Source of the DNA: an uncultured Clostridia bacterium | GTDB taxonomy: Bacteria > Bacillota > Clostridia > Christensenellales > UBA1242 | DNA: 56,706 nucleotides | Assembly: GCA_944345545.1 (NCBI GenBank) | Contig: CALVMK010000016.1 | Span: forward strand, 1 to 56,706 | Direction of reading: 5' to 3' | Part shown: positions 29,766 to 37,630 of the stretch, piece after piece | How the letters are laid out: every line of letters begins with the position of its first letter | How positions within the stretch are numbered: the first letter of the stretch is position 1 | Made by a program: the position numbers and the translations under genes | The notes under the pieces: generated by a model | Seen by the model: only the letters and a program-made list of their open reading frames with translations | The model's database searches: none | Told to the model about the DNA's origin: nothing

Positions 29766-31034
29766 TTAAATACTAATATAAGGTTCTACTTTGATTTTAA
29801 ATAAAATTTTTTCTAAATAATTGCTAGGGTCATCTAAAGAATTTAAAAAGCTTTTAAATTTTGCAGGGCAATAAGTTAAAAAGGAATTATATGCTTGAAC
29901 CAAATCTAACTTTTCAGCCACCATAAAGTCTTGAGCTACTTTAAACTCTTTCTTTATTTGCTCATTAATTTTTTGTTTTAGTTTAGATGAAACATAGGAT
30001 AGTTCTGGTTGCAAACTATTTTCATTTTGAGATGGCTGACTTACTTGGTCAACATCCATAACTAGCTTTAAAACACTTTCAAATACGGGAACATTATTAA
30101 CAAAATAAAATTGCGAATTTAAAGTTTTGTTTTTTAGTTTAAAGGTTATAGTTGCATCATCATAAAAATCATCATTTACGCCTTCAACAGTAAGGTATGT
30201 TTCATTTAAACCTTGATTAAGCCAATTAACTCCTTTTAGTTCTTCTGTGGTTAAAACTTTTTGTATTATTCCATTTTTATAAACAGCTGTTCTTCCTTCA
30301 TTTAGAATTGTTGTTTTTTTCTGTTGTTCTTCACTTCCACTTTGAGTACCGCCTTGTTCTCCTGCAGAACCCCTACTCGCTGAACTTCCACTTGCAGAGC
30401 TTCCACCTGAAGTAGATAAACCCTGTTCTCCCTCAGATAATTCAACATAACCTAGCACAGATATTTTTGTTGGAGAAAAATATCCTTGATAAAATGTTTC
30501 AATGTTGCTATCTGTGTTATAAATTTTTTCTTTACTATATGTAATTAACTCTTCTATGTTTAAATCTGAAGCAGAGTTTAAGTTTAGTGTTGCATTTAAA
30601 AAATCTTTTGCACTTTCATTGGTGCAAATTAAAGATGTATTGTTCCCAATATCAGCACTTCGTGTAAGGGCATCTAAAACAAGAACTAAATTGTTTTTTG
30701 AAATTTCTTCATTAACTACAATTAATTCAGTTAAGTTTAAAGCAATTTTTTTACCAGCATAATTAGAAATTTTTTGAAGAGCTTCAGCAAGGTTTGGAGC
30801 AGTTGCAGTAAATAATTTATAATTTTCAGTGTAACTTGTATTAGGGGTTGGGACAAAAATAACAGTGCTAAGTTCTATGCCTTCTGGTGATTGGTCTATT
30901 CCTATTCTAGTTATAATTGCCCTTAATGATGTATCTGCAGGCATTAATAAAGCAAATGGAGTGTAAAAAATTAAAATAAACAAACCAATAATTAATATGG
31001 GATTTTTAATTAAATTTTTAAAAAATTTTTTCAT
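29766..31034 (-). CDS. Germinant receptor C subunit (Ger(x)C family), atypical N-terminus
   Basis: 422 aa, third gene of the operon with a 4-nt overlap with the B subunit. RIGIDQSPEG... is the conserved start of GerxC mature domains. There is no lipobox cysteine in the N-terminal hydrophobic segment. Contains a Gly/Ser-rich insert GGSSASGSSASRGSAGEQGGTQSGSEEQQKK. Confidence 0.83.
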   Translation of the reverse strand: MKKFFKNLIKNPILIIGLFILIFYTPFALLMPADTSLRAIITRIGIDQSPEGIELSTVIFVPTPNTSYTENYKLFTATAPNLAEALQKISNYAGKKIALNLTELIVVNEEISKNNLVLVLDALTRSADIGNNTSLICTNESAKDFLNATLNLNSASDLNIEELITYSKEKIYNTDSNIETFYQGYFSPTKISVLGYVELSEGEQGLSTSGGSSASGSSASRGSAGEQGGTQSGSEEQQKKTTILNEGRTAVYKNGIIQKVLTTEELKGVNWLNQGLNETYLTVEGVNDDFYDDATITFKLKNKTLNSQFYFVNNVPVFESVLKLVMDVDQVSQPSQNENSLQPELSYVSSKLKQKINEQIKKEFKVAQDFMVAEKLDLVQAYNSFLTYCPAKFKSFLNSLDDPSNYLEKILFKIKVEPYISI

Positions 31035-32134
31035 TTTTTCACCTTTTTATTATAAATTTTTTTATTTTTATCAAAATTTATTTGGAATATTAAATAAATC
31101 GGCAAAATTAAAAAAATTAATAAACCTAAATATTTACCATAATTTGCTAAATATAAATGAATTTTTTGAGACGAATAAAAGAACAGCAAAAACACAATTA
31201 TAGTTCCAAGAACAAATAAAATATAATTTTGAATTTTATTTGTGTAAGTACAAATTTTTGAAAAGCTTTCGTTTAAACAGTAAAACAAAACTCCACCCTG
31301 ATAAAAAATGATAAACATAACAACTAATAATGCTATTAAATTTAGTTTTTCTATGTTTTCAACTTGATTTGTAAAGGCTATAATATCAGTTATGGCATTA
31401 TTGTGCATAAAAGAAGTGTTTTTATATACTTGGTAAAATATAAAATAAAAAATTAATAACACAACAAAACACAACCAAACATAATTCATTATAGTTTTAC
31501 CAAAACCATTTTTTACTTTTATTTTATCTATTATCATAAGAAAAAATATAAAATCACCAAACCAAAAAATGTTTTTAAATGATGTGTTTAAGATTGTTGT
31601 AATAGATAAATTTTCAAAAATGGGCAATGTAAATTGGGATATTGATGATGCTCCTAAAACTAAACAACAAATAAATCCAAAAACAATAAATATGTAAAAA
31701 AATTCTGCTGTTCTTGCAAGAGAATTTAATCCTTTATAAGATAATGCACAAATTATTGGCAAAAAAATTAATAAAAATTTTTCTATCTTGGCATTTTCAA
31801 AAATCGCTTCTCTTAAATAAATAAAATTATCATAAATTAAATGAACCACAGCTATTAAAAAATAAACAAAAAATAAAAAATAAATAATTTTTGTTATAAT
31901 TTTTCCTAAAAATTTACTTAAAATATCGAAAAAACTTAAGTTTATATATTTTTCTTTTAATTTTATAAAAACAAATAAAAACAATACTTCCATGCTTAAA
32001 AGCATTAAAAATATAATCATTGCAAAATAGCCAACATCTTTATAAAGTAAGGACGGCAATGCTAAAATTTTTGATGAAAGCATCATTAAAAAGCAAAGTA
32101 TGCCCGCTTGTCTTGCTGTTATGTCTTGTCTCAT
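31031..32134 (-). CDS. Germinant receptor B subunit (spore germination permease, APC superfamily)
   Basis: 367 aa polytopic membrane protein. N-terminal ITARQAGILCFLMMLSSKILALPS is typical of GerAB/GerKB proteins. 4-nt overlaps on both sides. Confidence 0.88.
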   Translation of the reverse strand: MRQDITARQAGILCFLMMLSSKILALPSLLYKDVGYFAMIIFLMLLSMEVLFLFVFIKLKEKYINLSFFDILSKFLGKIITKIIYFLFFVYFLIAVVHLIYDNFIYLREAIFENAKIEKFLLIFLPIICALSYKGLNSLARTAEFFYIFIVFGFICCLVLGASSISQFTLPIFENLSITTILNTSFKNIFWFGDFIFFLMIIDKIKVKNGFGKTIMNYVWLCFVVLLIFYFIFYQVYKNTSFMHNNAITDIIAFTNQVENIEKLNLIALLVVMFIIFYQGGVLFYCLNESFSKICTYTNKIQNYILFVLGTIIVFLLFFYSSQKIHLYLANYGKYLGLLIFLILPIYLIFQINFDKNKKIYNKKVKK

Positions 32135-33567
32135 TTTGATAACCTCACTTTGTTTTTAGTTTTTGTTACTTTTGGCCTTTCACACATGTCTGTTATGCTA
32201 GCCTTTGTTAATGCATCTTTTAAATCAGAATTAATTTTAGGTGAAAATGGTGCTAAATAAGGAGTGTCATAAAAATTTAAAGCATTCATCTCGTTTATAA
32301 AATAAATCATACCTGCAACTACTCCTAAAAGCCCTAATGTACCGCCCAAAAAAATGAATATAACTCTTAAAACTGTAAGTTGGGGAGCTTGATCTGGAAC
32401 GGTGTACACAGCTATCATACTCATTGCAATTATTATTACTGCAGGAGATGAAATAAGCCCCGCTTTTACACCAGTATCACCTAGTATCAAAGCACCTACT
32501 ATAGATGTTGCTATTCCTAAATATCTAGGCAACCTTAAACTAACTTCATATAAAATTTGAAACAAAATTAAAATAAACACCATTTCTATAAAAGGAGAAA
32601 ACGGTAGCCCTTGAGTGCTGTTTGCAACTGTTATTAAATATTTTAGTGGTAAGGCTTTATAATGATATAATCTAAAAGATAAAAAAACTCCAGGCAAAAT
32701 ACATGTTAAAACTATTCCAAGCGCCCTTATGATTCTCATAAATGTTACATATAAAGGATTTGAATAATAATCATTTGAAGCTTGCAAATCTTCTAAAAAC
32801 ACAAATGGCAGTGTTAAAACTATTGGAGACCCGTCAACCATAATAGCTATTCTTCCCTCTAACATTTTCGCCGCAACAATATCTGGTTTTTCTGTTGCAC
32901 CAATTTGCTTAAAAAGTAGCCCCCTACCTTCTTGCAAAAAGCTTAAAATATAATGCGAATCTACTATTCCATCAATGTCTATAGATTCAAGTTTTTTGCT
33001 TATTTTTTTTATTAAATTTTCATCAGCTATTCCCTTTAATGAAAATAAACATACCTTAGTTTTTGTATATCTTCCAACTTCAAAATTTTTAATGCATAGC
33101 TTTTCCGTTTTAAACCTTAATCTTAACAGTGCGATATTAGACTTGATGTCTTCAACAAAGCCTTCTCTTGGTCCTCTTATTACTGATGATGTTGGCGGTT
33201 CAGCAGGCGTTCTTACAGGAGCTTTTTCCATGTCTGTAACAAGGGCACACTTTTCTCCTTCTAAAAATATTATTAAATTGTTTTGAGTAAGCTTTGTTAT
33301 TACATCGTCTTCCGTTTCAACCCTTTCAAGCTCAAAAATTTTTAATATTTCATTTTCTAATATTTTAAAAGTTACTTTTTCTTTTTTATCATAGTCTTGC
33401 AAAGGAGACATAACAGAGTTTACAAAAATTTCTTTATCCATCATGCTTTTAATAAAAATCATACCAATTTCCGTTTGCCCTACTTTTAATTTACGTGTGC
33501 AAACATCAAAGCTATTATTTAACTTTGATTTATAATAGTTTAAATTTTCTTCTACATGAAAAAACAT
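32131..33567 (-). CDS. Germinant receptor A subunit (GerAA/GerKA family)
   Basis: 478 aa. Conserved PAEPPTSSVIRGPREGFVE block and C-terminal TM region typical of GerA-family A subunits. GAGG RBS. Confidence 0.92.
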   Translation of the reverse strand: MFFHVEENLNYYKSKLNNSFDVCTRKLKVGQTEIGMIFIKSMMDKEIFVNSVMSPLQDYDKKEKVTFKILENEILKIFELERVETEDDVITKLTQNNLIIFLEGEKCALVTDMEKAPVRTPAEPPTSSVIRGPREGFVEDIKSNIALLRLRFKTEKLCIKNFEVGRYTKTKVCLFSLKGIADENLIKKISKKLESIDIDGIVDSHYILSFLQEGRGLLFKQIGATEKPDIVAAKMLEGRIAIMVDGSPIVLTLPFVFLEDLQASNDYYSNPLYVTFMRIIRALGIVLTCILPGVFLSFRLYHYKALPLKYLITVANSTQGLPFSPFIEMVFILILFQILYEVSLRLPRYLGIATSIVGALILGDTGVKAGLISSPAVIIIAMSMIAVYTVPDQAPQLTVLRVIFIFLGGTLGLLGVVAGMIYFINEMNALNFYDTPYLAPFSPKINSDLKDALTKASITDMCERPKVTKTKNKVRLSK

Positions 33568-33590
33568 ACTAACCTCGCAGTTAGTATGTT
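33563..33590 (-). promoter_or_regulatory. Terminator-like hairpin enclosing the gerAA RBS and start codon
   Basis: Minus-strand RNA reads AACATACTAA-CTGCGAGG-TTAGTATGTT followed by TTTT. The loop holds the GAGG Shine-Dalgarno and the 3' arm holds the ATG (33567-33565). It lies 15 nt downstream of the upstream gene's stop codon (33605-33607), in the 37-nt intergenic gap. Confidence 0.5.
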
Positions 33591-33604
33591 TTTAATTATT
33601 CTTT

Positions 33605-34519
33605 TTATGCGTTTTCCCAAATAACTTTGTCAGAATTTAGCGTATAATCAAAACTATTTCCCACAGCCATCAACTCTAGCTTTGATAAATCATTAGTCAA
33701 GTATTCAGTCAAATTTATACTATGCTCAACCTTGTCGTCTTCTATATTTATAGTTTTAGTAAGCTCTGTTCCATCGTAATAAGCAACCACAAGAAATTTG
33801 TGCCAACTAGAATTAAAACTTAAAATTTTATCTACATTGTTAAATTCAACATTAGTAGGTGCTTGCAATTTTTCATTTTTTAAATATTCAATAGGCGCAG
33901 AAAAATCACTTTGTTCATATTCTCCACCAAGGGCAACAATCCTTAAAGAATAGCAACCTTTAGAAAGCCCAGAAAGGTCGAAATACCTTTTCCCCATTTC
34001 GCCAAAATATTTGCTTTCTGTAATTTTTGCAATAGAACCATCTTGTGAAATCCCGTAAATTAATTCATAGTTTGTTGCTCCTGTAACAGTTGAAAAAACA
34101 AGTCTATCATTTTCTTTATCTAAATACACAGAAGGTGTTTCTAGTTTTATGTTCACAACAAATTCAACGTTTTCACAATAATCGCTTATAGAAGCATTAG
34201 TTTTTCCAACAACTCTGCAAGCAACTTTATAAACACCAGCATCTTCAAAATAATTAGTAGCGGATATGAAGTTGTTTAAAGAAACCAAATTTTGCCTTTT
34301 CCCATTTTTAGTGATAGAAAAAACATACTTTTCTGCGTTAACGTTTTTATCTACTTGTAAAAGTATTTCACCATTAGGCAAGTTATCAACAACCATAAGG
34401 TTTGTAGGTGTTTGCAACTTTCTATTTATTTCTGCAAGAAAAAATATAGTTATTATCAAAGCGATAGTAACCAAAAAGCAAACAACACCAACAATAATAG
34501 TTTTAGCTTTATTAGACAT
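33605..34519 (-). CDS. Membrane-anchored protein with three FN3-like repeats
   Basis: 304 aa with an N-terminal TM helix (IIVGVVCFLVTIALIITIFFLA). Three modules of roughly 85-95 aa each open with L(Q/E)(T/A)P(T/S) (LQTPTNL, LETPSVY, LQAPTNV) and include TGATNYELIY-type strands. Confidence 0.7.
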   Translation of the reverse strand: MSNKAKTIIVGVVCFLVTIALIITIFFLAEINRKLQTPTNLMVVDNLPNGEILLQVDKNVNAEKYVFSITKNGKRQNLVSLNNFISATNYFEDAGVYKVACRVVGKTNASISDYCENVEFVVNIKLETPSVYLDKENDRLVFSTVTGATNYELIYGISQDGSIAKITESKYFGEMGKRYFDLSGLSKGCYSLRIVALGGEYEQSDFSAPIEYLKNEKLQAPTNVEFNNVDKILSFNSSWHKFLVVAYYDGTELTKTINIEDDKVEHSINLTEYLTNDLSKLELMAVGNSFDYTLNSDKVIWENA

Positions 34520-34753
34520 AATTCACAAAATAAGTAAGATAAAACAATAAAAGTTTTATATAAACTTATTATCTCCAAAAATAGTATAAAATACACCACA
34601 AAAAAAGTCAAACAAAGAATAAAAATTTATTTGCAATTAACAATTTTAAAAGAAAAATGTTTATTTTAAAACTAAAATTTAAAAAAACAGCACTTAAAAA
34701 TAATTAAAAACAAAAAAGAGATAAATAAATTTATAAAAACTAATAAAAAAGTG

Positions 34754-34782
34754 TTGACAAAAAACAATGCAAATGATAATAT
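34754..34782 (+). promoter_or_regulatory. Candidate extended -10 sigma-A promoter upstream of the tRNA-Asn locus
   Basis: TTGACA (34754-34759), 17-nt spacer ending TGa, then TAATAT (34777-34782). Confidence 0.5.
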
Positions 34783-34853
34783 TACTAATGCTTGAAGAAA
34801 AAAACAAATAAATGTTTAAAAAATCAGCAAGCAAAATGTAAGAAGTAATATTT

Positions 34854-34942
34854 TTCAGTAGCTCAGCGGTGGAGCACTCGGCTGGGCACCAAGAAAACGA
34901 AGTTTTCTGCGTACGAAGCGAAGCGTAGTTAAACCGATAGGT
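34854..34942 (+). pseudogene. Truncated tRNA-Asn-like fragment with a G+C-rich insertion at the anticodon loop
   Basis: 34854-34883 is identical to nt 4-33 of the intact tRNA-Asn 141 nt downstream. A 44-45-nt G+C-rich insert follows (GGCACCAAGAAAACGAAGTTTTCTGCGTACGAAGCGAAGCGTAG). Then GTTAAACCGATAGGT matches the anticodon-loop and 3' stem segment with one extra A. No T-arm or 3' acceptor follows. Confidence 0.6.
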
Positions 34943-34991
34943 ATCGGTTAACATAACGTAAAGCTAAACGGAAAAATTACTTATTCAATAA

Positions 34992-35066
34992 TCCTCAGTA
35001 GCTCAGCGGTGGAGCACTCGGCTGTTAACCGATAGGTCGTAGGTTCGAATCCTACCTGGGGAGCCA
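34992..35066 (+). tRNA. tRNA-Asn (GTT)
   Basis: 75 nt. Acceptor TCCTCAG/CTGGGGA, D-arm GCTC..GAGC, anticodon loop CTGTTAA, T-arm GTAGG-TTCGAAT-CCTAC, encoded CCA. Confidence 0.95.
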
Positions 35067-35133
35067 ATCCAATTTAAATACGAACTTATTTGAATTCATT
35101 TATTTTGAAGATAAGTTCGCATTGATTATCAAA

Positions 35134-35165
35134 AGAAACTAAACTGTTATTAGTTTCTTTTTTTA
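35134..35165 (+). terminator. Intrinsic terminator downstream of tRNA-Asn
   Basis: AGAAACTA / TAGTTTCT stem followed by a T7 run. Confidence 0.7.
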
Positions 35166-35344
35166 TTTGGTAATTTGGTAAGTTTTAGCCCCGCTAAAGC
35201 GGGGCGAATAGGATCTATATTCTTATTTGAATAATCTACGATATAAAACTATACTTTAGTTCTTCTATACGCACTTTTAATTACACATTTTAAATATGCT
35301 ACTATTTAAATAAATTTACGCATTTAGCTTATATTTGTTTTACT

Positions 35345-35507
35345 TTGTTTTTCTATCTTGAAGAATTTTTATATATCAAGCTAAAAATTTTTTTAGAAAT
35401 TTTGATGGGCATTTGCAAATTGCAAATGCACACAATCAAAATTATATCTAAAAAAATTTTCTTTACGCTTGAATTATAAAAACTTCTTCATTGTACTAGA
35501 AAAACAA
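35345..35507. repeat. Imperfect palindrome of about 160 bp centred near 35419
   Basis: Matched inverted blocks: TTGTTTTTCTA / TAGAAAAACAA, TGAAGAA..TTTTATA..TCAAGC / GCTTGA..TATAAAA..TTCTTCA, AAAATTTTTTTAGA / TCTAAAAAAATTTT, AATTTTGAT / ATCAAAATT, and the core GCATTTGCAA-A-TTGCAAATGC. Confidence 0.75.
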
Positions 35508-35571
35508 AACAACACCTAAAAACTTTGCTAAATGCTTAAAATTCTACTAAATAACTACATATTAACAAAGT

Positions 35572-36255
35572 TTAATTAATAGGCCCGCCCAAATCGTCAA
35601 ACATAGTTTCAAAATCAAGCTTTCTAGATGGAACGTTCTTTTTAAAATCTTGATAGTACCCACTAATAACTTTTTCGTAATTCTCAAAAATAAAAGTTAG
35701 GGTTGCTTTCTGCAAATAACTACTTTGTAAAACACTTTCCACAATTTTATTTAAATCGTATTTTTTACAATCAAAATTACAATTTAATTTTAAGTGTTTA
35801 AATTTTTTAGAGAGAGTTTCTAAAGCGTCTTTGTTCTCTTTCTCTATCTCTTTATTATCATTCTCTTTCTCATTGTAATTATAATTTTCATTACCTTTAT
35901 AATTATCATTATAATTAAGGTCGTTCTCATTTAACCCATTTAATTCATTTGGTTGTTTATTGGTTGTTTCTTGCTTATTTTTACTTGCATTGCTGTTTCC
36001 TTTTGGAGCTCCGCCAAGGCGTCCATTTTCTACACAATTATCATATCTTTTAATACTTTTATCTATTTGTGGCTTGGCTTGTTTAAAAATAATTTTAACA
36101 ACAAAATCAACGTTCTCATTTTCTTGCGGTTCTATACCATTCAAACCGTATTCACAAATTACTTTATATGCTCTAGCTTTCAATACATGCGTAGGCAATA
36201 GCTCTATTGCGTCCATAAAAGAGCGATAAAATGCAAAGCTTTCTCTACTCTTCAT
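35572..36255 (-). CDS. Phage/element replisome-organizer-like protein (DUF4373/Lin1244-type N-terminal domain)
   Basis: 227 aa. The N-terminus SFAFYRSFMDAIELLP...ICEYGLNG and the GRLGGAPKGNSNA motif are, from memory, characteristic of small phage/ICE replication-organizer N-domains. An Asn-rich linker follows. Confidence 0.55.
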   Translation of the reverse strand: MKSRESFAFYRSFMDAIELLPTHVLKARAYKVICEYGLNGIEPQENENVDFVVKIIFKQAKPQIDKSIKRYDNCVENGRLGGAPKGNSNASKNKQETTNKQPNELNGLNENDLNYNDNYKGNENYNYNEKENDNKEIEKENKDALETLSKKFKHLKLNCNFDCKKYDLNKIVESVLQSSYLQKATLTFIFENYEKVISGYYQDFKKNVPSRKLDFETMFDDLGGPIN

Positions 36256-36502
36256 TTATCTTCTCCTTTTTAAAATCTATTAAAGGGCAAAGAGCAATCA
36301 AATCAATTATATTTAAATATGAATTATTTATTAAGTCGAATAAATATTCTCTATCTTCTTCCTTTACATCATATGTATTAAGAAAACTTTCTAAATTTCT
36401 TTGAAATTTATCTTCATCCTCTCTATACTCTTTGTTGTTTTTATATAAAAAGTCATTTATAAAAATATACCATTCTTTAATTGCTTTTTGTTTATCACTC
36501 AT
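36245..36502 (-). CDS. Hypothetical 85-aa element protein
   Basis: ORF overlaps both neighbours (8 nt upstream, 11 nt downstream) in a same-strand gene chain. No recognisable motif. Confidence 0.55.
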   Translation of the reverse strand: MSDKQKAIKEWYIFINDFLYKNNKEYREDEDKFQRNLESFLNTYDVKEEDREYLFDLINNSYLNIIDLIALCPLIDFKKEKINEE

Positions 36503-36893
36503 TGTTTTTATTCCTCTCTTTTAGTTGTATTTTAAGTTTTTCTATGCAGTCTAAAACCCATTCTTTTTTTGTTTTAAAACCTAAAAGTTTTAAATTTTCA
36601 ATTTTTAAGCAGTTGCAACCGCTTTTATTTAGGCGAACAGACAATTTGTAGTATAAACCCTCGTCTTTATTTCTACTGGCTTTCTTAGTGCCTAAAATTA
36701 GGTCTATTTCTTTTTTATTGTATATATCTAGTATATTACAATCCAACATTTCACAAATAGTAACCGCTTGCTCAGGTGTTGGCAAACATTTATAATTAGC
36801 AAGTTTACTAATATAACTTTTATCAACGCCTAAATGCTCGGCTAAATCTTTTTGTTGTAACCCTTTACTTTGTAATAATTCTTTAAGTAGCAC
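36495..36893 (-). CDS. XRE-family helix-turn-helix protein
   Basis: 132 aa with a GTG start 7 nt after GGAGG. The N-terminus LQQKDLAEHLGVDKSYISKLANYK is a classic HTH_3 motif. Confidence 0.8.
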   Translation of the reverse strand: MLLKELLQSKGLQQKDLAEHLGVDKSYISKLANYKCLPTPEQAVTICEMLDCNILDIYNKKEIDLILGTKKASRNKDEGLYYKLSVRLNKSGCNCLKIENLKLLGFKTKKEWVLDCIEKLKIQLKERNKNNE

Positions 36894-37063
36894 TATGCTT
36901 CCTCCTTTTCTTTATTTTTAAATACTATCAAGTTATTTTTAAGAATTTCATAGTCCTCTTGCTTTTCTTTTTCTTTAATAAGTACTATAATATCAAGAGC
37001 TGTATCTGTAATAGTTAAAAGCATATTTTTTAAATCTCTTATTTGATTATCGCTAAATTTCAT
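36893..37063 (-). CDS. Unlisted 56-aa ORF, translationally coupled on both sides
   Basis: Hand translation: MKFSDNQIRDLKNMLLTITDTALDIIVLIKEKEKQEDYEILKNNLIVFKNKEKEEA. Its ATG overlaps the upstream TGA (ATGA) and its TAG overlaps the downstream GTG. It is below the ORF-track size cutoff. Confidence 0.45.
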   Translation of the reverse strand: MKFSDNQIRDLKNMLLTITDTALDIIVLIKEKEKQEDYEILKNNLIVFKNKEKEEA

Positions 37064-37266
37064 TTTTTCACTCCATTATTTAAATTTTCATTTTGTGTAG
37101 CTATGTAAGTTAAAAAATCGTCAACAAAAAATTCACAAATTGAGTTTTTGAATTTTTCAACCCTTTCATCTTCTACTAAATCAAACAAAGGTTCAATGTC
37201 AGAATACTCGCCATCTACCTTTTTTAATTGTGTAGCTATACAAATATTTTGTTGCTTTGTTTTCAT
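37060..37266 (-). CDS. Hypothetical 68-aa acidic element protein
   Basis: ORF begins 7 nt after the cro-like gene stop. No motif recognised. Confidence 0.55.
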   Translation of the reverse strand: MKTKQQNICIATQLKKVDGEYSDIEPLFDLVEDERVEKFKNSICEFFVDDFLTYIATQNENLNNGVKK

Positions 37267-37267
37267 A

Positions 37268-37282
37268 GTGAATTTAATTCAC
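37268..37282. promoter_or_regulatory. Operator-like palindrome GTGAATTTAATTCAC (copy 1)
   Basis: Perfect 15-bp palindrome between the cro-like gene stop and the next ORF. It is identical to the copy at 37507-37521. Confidence 0.55.
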
Positions 37283-37483
37283 CTTTTTAAGCAAAAAAAT
37301 TTCATTAAAACTAGCAATGTTTAATACATTGCATAATTTTTGAACTTCACTTGCTTTAAATTCAACAACATTGTTTATCTTTTTATTAAAGCTTACACTT
37401 GAAATTCCTAGAAGTTTAGCTAATTCTTTCTGAGTAAAACCGTTTTTGACTATTAAAGACTTTAATTCTAATGTGTTAACCAT
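37274..37483 (-). CDS. Cro-like XRE-family HTH protein (69 aa)
   Basis: ATG at 37483 is preceded by AAAGGAGGGAAAC. The track ORF start at 37540 lies inside the promoter/operator region. The HTH is FTQKELAKLLGISSVSFNKKIN. Confidence 0.75.
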   Translation of the reverse strand: MVNTLELKSLIVKNGFTQKELAKLLGISSVSFNKKINNVVEFKASEVQKLCNVLNIASFNEIFLLKKVN

Positions 37484-37506
37484 GTTTCCCTCCTTTTCAT
37501 AAAATA

Positions 37507-37558
37507 GTGAATTTAATTCACATTCACAATATAACACCAAAGGTGAATTTAAGTCAAC
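37507..37558. promoter_or_regulatory. Operator copies 2 and 3 in the divergent switch region
   Basis: GTGAATTTAATTCAC at 37507-37521 (perfect) and GTGAATTTAAGTCAAC at 37543-37558 (degenerate right half, overlapping the leftward -35). Confidence 0.55.
37529..37557 (-). promoter_or_regulatory. Leftward (cro-side) promoter
   Basis: Minus strand reads TTGACT (37557-37552), 17-nt spacer, then TTATAT (37534-37529). Confidence 0.5.
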
Positions 37559-37575
37559 AAATTTTTAAATATTTA

Positions 37576-37604
37576 TTGATTTTTTTTTAAGAATAGTTTA
37601 TAAT
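37576..37604 (+). promoter_or_regulatory. Rightward (repressor/integrase) promoter
   Basis: TTGATT (37576-37581), 17-nt spacer, then TATAAT (37599-37604), about 25 nt before the GGAGAG RBS of the 107-aa gene. Confidence 0.6.
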
Positions 37605-37630
37605 GATTAATATTTAATTAATGGAGAGAT

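Noticed and set aside
34694-34954. 86-aa minus-strand ORF across the tRNA-Asn leader.
   Set aside because: It overlaps the tRNA fragment and promoter, has no RBS and has an implausible composition.
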